Shown: piece after piece, positions 1-8,464 of the stretch
Layout of the letters: each line of letters starts with the position of its first letter
Position numbering within the stretch: the first letter of the stretch is position 1
Assembly (NCBI GenBank): GCA_045221575.1
Contig: JBGUWU010000005.1
Span: 5,433 to 69,432, forward strand
Length of the DNA stretch: 64,000 bases
Direction: 5' to 3'
From: Bacteroidales bacterium
GTDB taxonomy: Bacteria > Bacteroidota > Bacteroidia > Bacteroidales > P3
Program-made: the position numbers and the translations under genes
Notes under the pieces: generated by a model
What the model saw: the letters and a program-made list of their open reading frames with translations, nothing else
What the model was told of the DNA's origin: nothing
Databases searched by the model: none

Positions 1-103
1 CTACAACACAAGAAATATTAACTTCTTTTTTATCCATAAAATATTCAGTAATCTGCTGAACATTGGTGCCGTTTCCAGAAGCGAATAAAGCAATGTTTTT
101 CAT
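1..103 (-). CDS. purN: phosphoribosylglycinamide formyltransferase, first 34 codons only (gene runs off the left edge)
   Basis: Absent from the ORF track because it is truncated by the window edge. Reverse-strand ATG at 103-101 reads MKNIALFASGNGTNVQQITEYFMDKKEVNISCVV, a typical PurN N-terminus (FASGxGTN). Confidence 0.6.
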   Translation of the reverse strand, partial: MKNIALFASGNGTNVQQITEYFMDKKEVNISCVV

Positions 104-136
104 AATAGATTATATTTTGATTTTATCTTATTTGTT

Positions 137-694
137 TTATCTTATTTGTTCTATCTTATTATTTTCTTTTATTATAAATATTGAAGAGGGATTGGAGTTG
201 TTTGCCTCTTCTCTTTGTGCATGACTGACGTAATCGGCTTTTGTTAAAAAAGATTTATCTATATCTGAAAAGTTTTTTGGAGAAGGTGAGCCAGAAAAAT
301 TAGCAGAGGAACTGACGATAGGATAAGGGAATTCACAAAAAAGTTTTTGAAGGAAATCAGTCTTAGCAATACGAATACCTAAATACTCATTAAAAGAAAG
401 ATTTTTCAACGGCAGAACCTTAATACCTTTATAGAGAATAGTTGTAGGGATATTTTTCTTTTCGTTTTCTTCTATTAAATCTATAGCTTGTTGAGGTAGA
501 TGTTCTACATATTGAGATAACATTTGAATATCTTTAACCAAAACAATAAAACTTTTATTTTTATCTCTACCTTTTATCTCCTTTATCTTCTCTATAGCAG
601 AAACATTCAAAGCATCACAACCTATACCCCAGATAGTATCTGTTGGGTATATAAGTATTTCACCCTTTTGTAGTATTTCTGCTTCTTTCATCAT
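137..694 (-). CDS. tsaC: L-threonylcarbamoyladenylate synthase (YrdC/TsaC domain)
   Basis: 185-aa ORF with YrdC-family motifs IYPTDTIWGIGCDA and SSSANFSGSPSP. ATG start confirmed. Confidence 0.85.
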   Translation of the reverse strand: MMKEAEILQKGEILIYPTDTIWGIGCDALNVSAIEKIKEIKGRDKNKSFIVLVKDIQMLSQYVEHLPQQAIDLIEENEKKNIPTTILYKGIKVLPLKNLSFNEYLGIRIAKTDFLQKLFCEFPYPIVSSSANFSGSPSPKNFSDIDKSFLTKADYVSHAQREEANNSNPSSIFIIKENNKIEQIR

Positions 695-697
695 AGG

Positions 698-1009
698 TTA
701 TTTAGCCAATTTTTGCATTAGTTTAGGATTGTCTAAGTATGTTTGCATATCCTTATCATAAACATCTTCAGAAATGTTATAATGTTTTAGTATGCTTTGT
801 TTATATTCTTGCATAAGTTGTTGTCTCTCTTCTTTGCTGAGGTTGTTGTCCATCGTCATACGCTCTGCTTTTGACATATCTGTCATAATCTGTAACATAG
901 TTGCAGGCTGTATGCTTACTTTTGGTAGTTTCTTATCTTTGTTTCCTGAGCAAGCGAACAGAGAAAGGAATATAAATAATAGTAATATGTATTTTATTTT
1001 CGCTATCAT
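698..1009 (-). CDS. small lipoprotein, DUF4296-like
   Basis: 103 aa with lipobox LSLFAC. Its stop lies 3 nt from the tsaC start. Family name is from memory only. Confidence 0.55.
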   Translation of the reverse strand: MIAKIKYILLLFIFLSLFACSGNKDKKLPKVSIQPATMLQIMTDMSKAERMTMDNNLSKEERQQLMQEYKQSILKHYNISEDVYDKDMQTYLDNPKLMQKLAK

Positions 1010-1014
1010 AGAGT

Positions 1015-1896
1015 TTAAAGTCTTTGAAGAACAGTTTCTATAAGAGTATTCATTGATTGGTGATAATCTTTTGCAAAAGAACCTTGAAGCCTATTAGCAA
1101 CTACATTACAAATAGTTAATACATTATGACCAAGACTTTTTCCTAAACAATATAAAGCAGACGTCTCCATTTCATAGTTTGTTGTTGGAACGCCATTATA
1201 AGAGAATAAAGGAAGAAGATTATTTATGTTTTTTTCTCTAAGAGATAAGCGTAGTTCTCTTCCTTGTGGGCCATAGAAACCTGGTGCTGTTATTGTTATT
1301 CCTTTTCTTATATCAAACGCAATTTTATCCAATAGCTCTTGAGAAGCTTTTGCTCCGTATGGAACAGGCAACAAAGCATTCCAATCCATGAAATTAATGA
1401 AAGAGTGTTGCAGTTCTTCTTCTACAACATCGTGATCTAACTCATAAAACCACATCATTCCATCTATACCAACCACATATTCACTACAGATATATGTGTT
1501 TATATCCATATCTTTTTGTAAAGCTCCTGTGGTTCCAAGTCTTATAAGATTGAGAGCAGTCTTTTCTGTCTTTATCTCTCGTGTTTTAAGGTTAATATTC
1601 TTGCAAGCATCTAACTCTGTAAGGACTATATCAATATTATCTACACCCATACCTGTAGAAATAGCCGTAACTCTCTTGCCGTTGTATGTTCCTGTGTGTG
1701 CAGTTATCTCTCTGTTGCTTTTCTTTACCTCTATCGTAGAAAAAAAACTACTAACATTTTCTACACGTCCAGGATCTCCTACAAGGATAACATTTTCTGC
1801 TAACTCCTCAGGAAAAAGTCTTATATGATAAAGACTTCCATCTTCAGCAAGAGTAAGTTCTGAACTTAGAAAATTTTTACTTTCCTTACTTTCCAT
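1015..1896 (-). CDS. nucleoside phosphorylase (PNP/UDP phosphorylase family)
   Basis: 293 aa with ISTGMGVDNIDI and YEMETSALY motifs typical of the family. Substrate cannot be assigned. Confidence 0.75.
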   Translation of the reverse strand: MESKESKNFLSSELTLAEDGSLYHIRLFPEELAENVILVGDPGRVENVSSFFSTIEVKKSNREITAHTGTYNGKRVTAISTGMGVDNIDIVLTELDACKNINLKTREIKTEKTALNLIRLGTTGALQKDMDINTYICSEYVVGIDGMMWFYELDHDVVEEELQHSFINFMDWNALLPVPYGAKASQELLDKIAFDIRKGITITAPGFYGPQGRELRLSLREKNINNLLPLFSYNGVPTTNYEMETSALYCLGKSLGHNVLTICNVVANRLQGSFAKDYHQSMNTLIETVLQRL

Positions 1897-2870
1897 TATC
1901 TATTTCTCTTTAAAAGGTTACGGATAAGAGTTATAAGGTTTTGTTTTCTTTCTCCTTCAACATCTATCTTCTCCACACTCTCTATTGCTTTCTCAGAATA
2001 TTGTTTTATTAAGAACTCCACATCTTTTCTTACCTCATATTTCTCAAACAATCCTTTAACCTCAGCTATTTTCTTTTGAACATCAATATTTTTTTCAGTG
2101 TATAGTTCAATCAAACGTTGTCTATCTTGTTCAGAAGCTTTATCTAATGCAGATAAATATAATATTGTTTTCTTGTTGTCTGCTATGTCAGTACCAGAAA
2201 CCTTGCCGAACTCTTTTAAATCACTCCAACAATCTAAGACATCATCTTGCAATTGGAAAGCAATACCTAAATATAAGCCTACCTCTGCAAGAAGATTCAT
2301 ATTCTCTTTAGAAGCGTTGGCAACAATAGCACCCATTTTCAAAGAACCAGCAAGTAAGATACTTGTCTTTAAGCTTATCATGGTGATGTACTCTTGAATG
2401 CTTACATCATTTCTTGCTTCAAAAGTCATATCGTAAGCTTGTCCTTCGCACACTTTTATCAAAACAGAGGTTATGGTCTTAACTAAAAAAGGAATCTTAT
2501 CTTCTGAACAATTCATAAGTTGTTCGTATGCCATAGCATAGATAACATCGCCTGAGAGAATGGCTTTATTTATACCATATTTTTGATAAACAGTTGGCTT
2601 GCCTCTACGAAGAGGTGATAAGTCCATAATATCATCATGAACTAAGGTAAAGTTATGCAATAACTCTACAGCAATAGCAGGATATTCAGCTTCTTCTAAG
2701 TCATCGCTGAACATATTTGCAGCTAATAACACCAAGAGAGGTCTTATTCTTTTTCCACCTTGATGCATTGCATACTCTATTGGTTCATATAAACTCAAAG
2801 GCTGTTTTTCAAATTTTTTGTTATCTATTATTGTGGTAACTCTATTTTGTAATTCTTCTAAACTATACAT
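1896..2870 (-). CDS. polyprenyl diphosphate synthase
   Basis: 324 aa with both Asp-rich motifs (LVHDDIMD, FQLQDDVLD). 1-nt stop/start overlap with the downstream gene. Confidence 0.9.
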   Translation of the reverse strand: MYSLEELQNRVTTIIDNKKFEKQPLSLYEPIEYAMHQGGKRIRPLLVLLAANMFSDDLEEAEYPAIAVELLHNFTLVHDDIMDLSPLRRGKPTVYQKYGINKAILSGDVIYAMAYEQLMNCSEDKIPFLVKTITSVLIKVCEGQAYDMTFEARNDVSIQEYITMISLKTSILLAGSLKMGAIVANASKENMNLLAEVGLYLGIAFQLQDDVLDCWSDLKEFGKVSGTDIADNKKTILYLSALDKASEQDRQRLIELYTEKNIDVQKKIAEVKGLFEKYEVRKDVEFLIKQYSEKAIESVEKIDVEGERKQNLITLIRNLLKRNR

Positions 2871-2904
2871 ATTACTATTGTCTATTAGTTTGTTTTTTCA
2901 CCTG

Positions 2905-2912
2905 CAAAGATA
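2905..2912 (-). promoter_or_regulatory. Bacteroidota -7 promoter box (TAnnTTTG)
   Basis: Plus-strand caaagata = TATCTTTG on the minus strand, 35 nt upstream of the polyprenyl synthase ATG (2870). Confidence 0.55.
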
Positions 2913-2919
2913 CTATTTT

Positions 2920-3068
2920 AATTAGAAATGAGAGATTAGAAATTTTATTTAATTAGAAATTAGTAATCAGAAATTAAAAATGAGTGGATTAACGATTACA
3001 ATCTTTTAGTCGTTTTGTGTTACTATCAGCAAGGATTTATTCGTAATCACTCATTTCTAATCATTAAT
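2920..3068. repeat. ORF-less copy of the heptad-repeat (AATTAGA/AATGAGA) inverted-arm element
   Basis: aattagaaatgagagattagaaatttt and aattagaaattagtaatcagaaattaaaaatgagtggattaacga on the left. tcgtaatcactcatttctaatcattaat on the right. The arms aaatgagtggattaacga and tcgtaatcactcattt are imperfectly complementary. Confidence 0.7.
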
Positions 3069-3105
3069 AAAAAAAGGGGATAAGATAAATTAATTATCTT
3101 ACCCC
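3069..3105 (-). terminator. rho-independent terminator of iorA
   Basis: Hairpin ggggataagata/tatcttacccc at 3076-3105, followed on the minus strand by a 7-T run (plus-strand A69-A75). Lies 26 nt after the iorA stop. Confidence 0.7.
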
Positions 3106-3130
3106 ATGATATGAAAAATACATTAAAAGT

Positions 3131-4744
3131 TTATTTTCCTTCAGCTAATTTTTGTAATCTACGTTTCTTTTGTCCCCAAACGATACAATCTCTTCTTGGA
3201 ATGATAACGCTGACACCTTTATAAGCTATCTCTTCTTTCATAACTTTGACATTTTCTTCGTGGTTCTTTGCCAAAGGATTGATAACTCTTATGTGTTCTT
3301 TCTCAACTCCAAGACCCATGCAGATACTTTCTATCTTGCCTGTTGCAGAAGACTTTTGAGCTCCTGTCATTGCAGTAATATCATTGTCCAAAATAATAAC
3401 AGTAACAGCAATATTATCGTTGCAGCAATCCAAAAGGCCTGTCATACCACTGTGAGTGAAAGTACTATCTCCGATAACAGCAACAGTTGGTTTAAGGTCT
3501 GCTTCTTGAGCTCCTTTTGCCATAGTTATACTTGCACCCATATCAACAGTAGTATAGATAGCGTTGAATGGAGGTAAAGCACCTAAAGTATAACAACCTA
3601 TATCAGAAAATACTCTACTATCGCCAAAGTCTTTCATTGCTTCGTTAAGAGCAAGGTAAGAATCTCTGTGAGGACAACCATCACAAAGCTTTGGAGGACG
3701 AGGAGCAACCAATTCAGGAATTTCAAATCCTTCTGGTACTTCTACTCCGACAGCTTTACCAACTGAGTTTGGAGAAAGTTCGCCATCTCTTTGAATAGTT
3801 CCGTCTAATCTTCCGTGAATAGGTTTAGAAATATGTAACAAACCTTTGATAAGTCTTTCATATATAGGTTGTCCTTCTTCAACAACAAGAAGTTCATCAC
3901 TTTCGTTGTAAAGTTTTTTCAACAAACCTTCTGGCATAGGATATTGAGAAACTTTCAAAACAGAATAAGGACATTCTTTATCTTTGAAGTTTTCCATTAA
4001 ATAGTTATAAGCTAAACCACAAGCCACAATACCAAGTTTTTTGTCCTTACCTTCGTATAGGTGGTTAAACTCTGATGTTTCGCTTTCTTTAAGGAAATCT
4101 TCTTGTTTTTTGATAAGAGATTTGTAATGACGTTTAGCATTAACAGGCAATAAAATATATTGACGTTTGTCTTCAGGAAGAGTAAGATTGTTTTGTTTTC
4201 TAACAACATCTTTTCTTTCTACTGCTGCACGAGAGTGAGCCAAACGAGTAGTTACTCTAATCATTACAGGGATATGGTATCTTTCTGATAATTCAAAACC
4301 ATAATGTACCATATTATAAGCCTCTTGTTGATTGCTTGGTTCAAGACAAGGAATCATAGCAAAGTCTGCATATTGACGAGAATCTTGTTCATCTTGAGAA
4401 GAGTGCATACTTGGGTCATCTGCAGCAATGTAGATAAGACCACCATTTGCTCCTGTAATAGCAGAGTTCATAAATGGGTCAGCAGCAACATTCATACCAA
4501 CGTGTTTACAGCAGAACATTGCACGTTTTCCTGCATAAGACATACCTATAGCAGCCTCCATAGCAGTTTTTTCATTTGCAGCCCAATTGCTTCTTATTCC
4601 TAATTCTCTTGCTTGTTTTGAATCTTGTATATATTCTGTTATTTCTGTAGAAGGTGTGCCTGGATAAGCAAAGACACCTGACAAACCAGCATCAATAGCT
4701 GCCTGTGCAATAGCCTCATCACCTAATAAAAGTAATTTATTCAT
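3131..4744 (-). CDS. iorA: indolepyruvate:ferredoxin oxidoreductase alpha subunit (TPP enzyme)
   Basis: 537 aa with TPP-binding region GDSTFTHSG, DIGCYTLG and CDGCPHRDSY. Layout as in Bacteroidales IorA. Confidence 0.8.
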   Translation of the reverse strand: MNKLLLLGDEAIAQAAIDAGLSGVFAYPGTPSTEITEYIQDSKQARELGIRSNWAANEKTAMEAAIGMSYAGKRAMFCCKHVGMNVAADPFMNSAITGANGGLIYIAADDPSMHSSQDEQDSRQYADFAMIPCLEPSNQQEAYNMVHYGFELSERYHIPVMIRVTTRLAHSRAAVERKDVVRKQNNLTLPEDKRQYILLPVNAKRHYKSLIKKQEDFLKESETSEFNHLYEGKDKKLGIVACGLAYNYLMENFKDKECPYSVLKVSQYPMPEGLLKKLYNESDELLVVEEGQPIYERLIKGLLHISKPIHGRLDGTIQRDGELSPNSVGKAVGVEVPEGFEIPELVAPRPPKLCDGCPHRDSYLALNEAMKDFGDSRVFSDIGCYTLGALPPFNAIYTTVDMGASITMAKGAQEADLKPTVAVIGDSTFTHSGMTGLLDCCNDNIAVTVIILDNDITAMTGAQKSSATGKIESICMGLGVEKEHIRVINPLAKNHEENVKVMKEEIAYKGVSVIIPRRDCIVWGQKKRRLQKLAEGK

Positions 4745-4797
4745 AGATATGTATTTTTTTTATGATTGTTCCTTTGATTTTTTTTACTTTGAAAACG

Positions 4798-4805
4798 CAA
4801 AATTA
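4798..4805 (-). promoter_or_regulatory. Bacteroidota -7 promoter box (TAnnTTTG)
   Basis: Plus-strand caaaatta = TAATTTTG on the minus strand, 54 nt upstream of the iorA ATG (4744). Confidence 0.5.
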
Positions 4806-4850
4806 TAAACATTTTTTTATTTATGCAAATTATCTATCAAATAATTATTG

Positions 4851-5879
4851 TTATTGTTTATCGTATTCTAAAACGTCTTCACAGAAAAAATCTAATTGTA
4901 TTCCTGCTTGAGCAAACATTTCTTCTGTTTCTTGACCTGAATGATATTTATTTTGACAGACAACTCTCTTTATTCCACAATTGATAATCATCATAGCACA
5001 AGTACGACAAGGAGTCATTGTGCAATAGAGAGTGGCTCCTTCTAAAGCTATGCCTCTTTTTGCTGCTTGACAGATAGCATTTTGTTCTGCATGTACTGTA
5101 CGAACACAATGATTAGATATGTTTCCTTCTTCGTCTATTTGTTTTCTAAAAAGATGTCCTACCTCATCGCAATGAGGTAATCCTGTTGGAGAACCAACAT
5201 AACCAGTTACAAGTATTTGTTTATTTTTTACTATAACACAACCACTTCTTCCTCTATTGCAAGTAGCTCGTTTTGCTACTGTTTTAACTATCTCCAAAAA
5301 ATATTTGTCCCAAGGTGGTCTTGTCTTGTTTTGAACTCTATCTAAAACATGTTCTACTTGTTTTCTGAGAGTTGTTATATCTCCGTCATTATTAAAAGAA
5401 AAGTCAGATAATTGCATACAAGCTTTTATATTTTGCTTGTTTTCATCTTTAGAATCCATCTCTCTCTGTTCGTTTTGTTGAAATGTTTCAAAGCTGACAT
5501 TATCTGTCTCACTCTTCCTTTGAGTTATACGTTCGTATCTCGTCTTTATATCTGCATCAACAGAGAATAAAAGAAACTCGGAGTTTTCTTTCAAATATTT
5601 TATTTCTTTTACGTTGCGTATGCTTTCTATTATACAGTTTTTACCCTCTTTCTTAGCCATAGCAAGCAGACCTTTTGCAATAAAATCTGCTCCCTCTTTT
5701 TCTCTTTCTTGATTTGCAACCATAGTCATAGTATCTCTGTTGCTTTCAAGCCCAAGTTCTTTTATTCTTTTGTTAAGAAAATCCCTTGCAGAGAAATGAA
5801 TGAATCCTTTCTCTTTCAAATACTCCACTATAGTGCCTTTTCCTGCTCCTAAAGTGCCGGTTATTCCTATTACTATCAT
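4851..5879 (-). CDS. fusion protein: N-terminal P-loop nucleotide-kinase-like domain + C-terminal dCMP/CMP deaminase (ComEB type)
   Basis: 342 aa. Walker A GITGTLGAGKGT at residues 5-16. Zinc-deaminase motifs HAEQNAI and PCRTCA in the C-terminal ~150 aa. Confidence 0.8.
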   Translation of the reverse strand: MIVIGITGTLGAGKGTIVEYLKEKGFIHFSARDFLNKRIKELGLESNRDTMTMVANQEREKEGADFIAKGLLAMAKKEGKNCIIESIRNVKEIKYLKENSEFLLFSVDADIKTRYERITQRKSETDNVSFETFQQNEQREMDSKDENKQNIKACMQLSDFSFNNDGDITTLRKQVEHVLDRVQNKTRPPWDKYFLEIVKTVAKRATCNRGRSGCVIVKNKQILVTGYVGSPTGLPHCDEVGHLFRKQIDEEGNISNHCVRTVHAEQNAICQAAKRGIALEGATLYCTMTPCRTCAMMIINCGIKRVVCQNKYHSGQETEEMFAQAGIQLDFFCEDVLEYDKQ

Positions 5880-5888
5880 ACCCTCAGT

Positions 5889-5921
5889 AAATTAGAAATT
5901 AGTAATTAGAAATGAGTAATT
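5889..5921. repeat. heptad-repeat arm (left) abutting the stop codon of the four-helix-bundle ORF
   Basis: aaattagaaattagtaattagaaatgagtaatt, made of 7-nt units AATTAGA/AATTAGT/AATGAGT. Its last base overlaps the TAA stop codon of the ORF (5920-5922). Confidence 0.8.
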
Positions 5922-6285
5922 ATTGTTGATTATTTATTTTCTGTGTTTTTGTTATTGACACTAATAATTTAATAATCTCAGAACACTTATCTTTTAATTC
6001 ATGAAATGTAATATCGTCTATATAATCACTTTCATATAACAATTCCAACCAATACTCTGTCTCTCCTGCTTCTTTCGTTGCAATATATAACTTAGTATAA
6101 AAATCAGGCTTACTTTGTGCGTAAATAGATTCCTTTACATTTGCACCAATGCTTGTTCCACTTCGTAATATTTGCTTTGATAAAACATATTCATTTTTTG
6201 TTTCGCATAAATACTTATATAGTCTAATAATTGTCAAAGCAAAACTTTTTGTTTTTATCAAAACTATATTATTGGGCTGAAACAT
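5920..6285 (-). CDS. four-helix-bundle protein (23S rRNA intervening-sequence protein / Avd-like family)
   Basis: 121 aa. QILRSGTSIGANVKESIYAQSKPDFYTKLYIATKEAGETEYWLELL matches the family signature (RxxxSIxxNIxEG...F...A..S..E). Confidence 0.9.
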   Translation of the reverse strand: MFQPNNIVLIKTKSFALTIIRLYKYLCETKNEYVLSKQILRSGTSIGANVKESIYAQSKPDFYTKLYIATKEAGETEYWLELLYESDYIDDITFHELKDKCSEIIKLLVSITKTQKINNQQ

Positions 6286-6320
6286 AATTTCTAATTTCTC
6301 ATTACTAATTTCTCATTAAA
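6286..6320. repeat. heptad-repeat arm (right) starting 1 nt after the start codon of the four-helix-bundle ORF
   Basis: aatttctaatttctcattactaatttctcattaaa. Its reverse complement aatgagaaattagtaatgagaaattagaaatt is about 85 percent identical, unit by unit, to the left arm. Confidence 0.8.
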
Positions 6321-6330
6321 ATAGTTTAAA

Positions 6331-6837
6331 TTAATTTGTTTTATGTTTAAATTGTATTTTTGAAAATTCTTCGTTGGCTTTTACAATCTTTTCTTTCAAA
6401 GACTGTTTATAAGCGTGCATTTTTTTGTTTATATCTTCATCAGTTAAAGCAAGTATTTCCATAGCCATAATTGCTGCGTTCAAAGATCCATTAACTGCCA
6501 TCACACTTACAGGAACAGCAGGAGGCATTTGCAACATAGAAAGCACAGAGTCCATTCCTTCAAAAGAAGATTTAACAGGCACACCAATAACAGGCAATGT
6601 TGTCTCTGCTGCTATTGCTCCCGGAAGAGCGGCAGCCATTCCTGCGGCAGCTATTATCACTTTTATTCCTCTACCTTCTGCATTTTGTGCAAACTCACTT
6701 ACTTCCTTAGGAGTACGATGAGCAGACAAAGCATTTATTTCAAAAGGTATCTCTTGTTGATCAAGGAAAAGGGCAGCCTTCTCCATTACTGAGTAATCAG
6801 AAGTGCTGCCCATTATTATACTAACCAAAGGTTTCAT
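6331..6837 (-). CDS. purE: 5-(carboxyamino)imidazole ribonucleotide mutase
   Basis: 168 aa with IIMGSTSDY and the AAGMAAALPG core typical of PurE. Confidence 0.95.
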   Translation of the reverse strand: MKPLVSIIMGSTSDYSVMEKAALFLDQQEIPFEINALSAHRTPKEVSEFAQNAEGRGIKVIIAAAGMAAALPGAIAAETTLPVIGVPVKSSFEGMDSVLSMLQMPPAVPVSVMAVNGSLNAAIMAMEILALTDEDINKKMHAYKQSLKEKIVKANEEFSKIQFKHKTN

Positions 6838-6846
6838 ATCAAGTTA

Positions 6847-8085
6847 TTATTCTTTTGGTTCTACTTTTGGAAAATCTGTATGGAATGTTGGATAAGTGTA
6901 GTTATCTCCAAGTATATGAGTTAAGAAATCTTTATACATTGGAGTAAAGCACAATGTTTCTGCATCAAAGTACTCTTCTGGTAAAGGACGATTGCCTATC
7001 TTACCCATATCTATTGCAGAACAGTTGTATTCTTCCAACTCATCAAAGTTGCAAACCTTGTTCAATACAGGCATTTTGCCATAATCTTCTCTTAGAAGTA
7101 AATCAACAGCTTTATCAGCCAAAGCTTGTGTCATTCTTCTATCATAAGCTGAACACATACCGCTTCTTGGATAATAACCTGTTATTTGAGCGCGTGCATC
7201 TATCTTAAGTTTTGCAGATATTTCACTTGCTATTGTTCCACTGACTCCTCCCAAACGAGCATGACCATACTCATCTTGTTCTGTAGAAGCATAGACTACA
7301 TCTGTTGTTCCTGTTTGTTCATTATACCAACGCACACCTTCACTTACAGGAATAATCAATGCACCATCAGGACTTTCCTTATATGCTTTCTGAACCAAGT
7401 CAAAGAAATGTTCTTTCTTCTCCTTTGTCATTTCAACCTCAGGAATAAGGCTTAAACAAGCACCTCCAAAAGTAGCAGTACCTGTTAGCCAACCTGCATC
7501 TCTTCCCATTACTTCCATAACCATTATTCTTGCATGAGATTCTGCTGTAGTCTTCAATCTTGCTGCAAAATCTGCAACGCCTAATGCTGCTGAAGGGAAT
7601 CCAGGACAAGTAACGGCATCTATTTTTTTACCATTGAACTCATGCCAAGTAAGAGTTCTAAGGTCGTTATCTATTGTTTTTGGGAAACCTATTACAGGTA
7701 TTCCTTCCTGTTCGTATAAACGTTTTGCAGCTCCATTTGTGTCATCACCACCAATAGTAACCAATACGTCTATGCCATATCTTTTAAGGTTACGCATTAC
7801 TTGAGGAACTCTATCTTCAGGATTTTTCTTTGATGGGAAAGGATTAGTACGTGAAGAACGTAATGCTGTACCACCATAAAGAGGATTGTAAGGCTTTTGT
7901 GTTAAATCTACAACATCACCATCTCCCAAAAGACCTTTCCAACCACGTTTTATACCATAAACTTTAAAACCAAGCATAGTAGCACGGTTTCTAACTGACT
8001 CTATACTGCTGTTTATTGCTGGAGTATCACCACCTCCTGAAAGTATGGCAAGAGTTTTGCCCTTAAAAAGTTTTTCTTCTCTCAT
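6847..8085 (-). CDS. pfp: pyrophosphate-type 6-phosphofructokinase (PFK family)
   Basis: GGDDTNGAA and PKTIDND are the PPi-PFK variants of GGDG/PGTIDND. The track ORF reaches 8145, but the ATG at 8085 (MREEKLF...) lies downstream of the -7 box at 8143-8150, so the 20-codon extension is rejected. Confidence 0.8.
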   Translation of the reverse strand: MREEKLFKGKTLAILSGGGDTPAINSSIESVRNRATMLGFKVYGIKRGWKGLLGDGDVVDLTQKPYNPLYGGTALRSSRTNPFPSKKNPEDRVPQVMRNLKRYGIDVLVTIGGDDTNGAAKRLYEQEGIPVIGFPKTIDNDLRTLTWHEFNGKKIDAVTCPGFPSAALGVADFAARLKTTAESHARIMVMEVMGRDAGWLTGTATFGGACLSLIPEVEMTKEKKEHFFDLVQKAYKESPDGALIIPVSEGVRWYNEQTGTTDVVYASTEQDEYGHARLGGVSGTIASEISAKLKIDARAQITGYYPRSGMCSAYDRRMTQALADKAVDLLLREDYGKMPVLNKVCNFDELEEYNCSAIDMGKIGNRPLPEEYFDAETLCFTPMYKDFLTHILGDNYTYPTFHTDFPKVEPKE

Positions 8086-8142
8086 TTTAATATATTTTTT
8101 GATTATTATTTCTTTTTTTTGCCTAAACAAACTTAAACGTTG

Positions 8143-8150
8143 CAAAGATA
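8143..8150 (-). promoter_or_regulatory. Bacteroidota -7 promoter box (TAnnTTTG)
   Basis: Plus-strand caaagata = TATCTTTG on the minus strand, 58 nt upstream of the pfp ATG at 8085. Confidence 0.55.
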
Positions 8151-8423
8151 TAAAGTTTTTATTTTATAACAAAATAAACTTGATTAATATTGATTATCTT
8201 GTCTTCTTTTTATGTTTTTAGGAATACATATATGCAAAATTCTTTTACTTTTTTTCAAAATAGAAACCCTATTTTAGAAAACTAACGACAATTTGCTATA
8301 AGCGAAAAAAAGAATTATAGAATTTTATTGTCTTTGAATAGTTGTATAATTTTTTTGCAAACAAAACTGTCTTTTATAAGAAAAAATAATAGTTTGTTTA
8401 TCAATGTTTTATATCTACAGAAA

Positions 8424-8459
8424 AAAGATCAACTTTTAATTTTTTAAAAGTTGATCTTT
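8424..8459. repeat. perfect 14-bp-stem hairpin (aaagatcaactttt / aaaagttgatcttt)
   Basis: Read directly. The loop is aatttttt. It shares the core aattttttaaaagttg with the adjacent unit at 8465-8506. Confidence 0.8.
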
Positions 8460-8464
8460 GAGGT

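Noticed and set aside
5889-6320. Diversity-generating retroelement (the four-helix-bundle protein as Avd).
   Set aside because: There is no reverse transcriptase gene and no template/variable repeat pair nearby. The neighbours are purE and a dCMP deaminase fusion.
6847-8145. N-terminal extensions in the track that begin at TTG or at upstream in-frame codons: pfp to 8145, GT4 from 11872, yidD 16460, lpxD from 17852, dxr 25959, WG protein from 26813, ackA to 50956, DUF4249-like to 54638.
   Set aside because: In several cases (GT4 11872, lpxD 17852, WG protein 26813) the TTG is the TTG of the TAnnTTTG promoter box itself. In the others the extension covers the -7 box (pfp) or overlaps the neighbouring gene. 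An ATG giving a canonical N-terminus or signal peptide lies just downstream.
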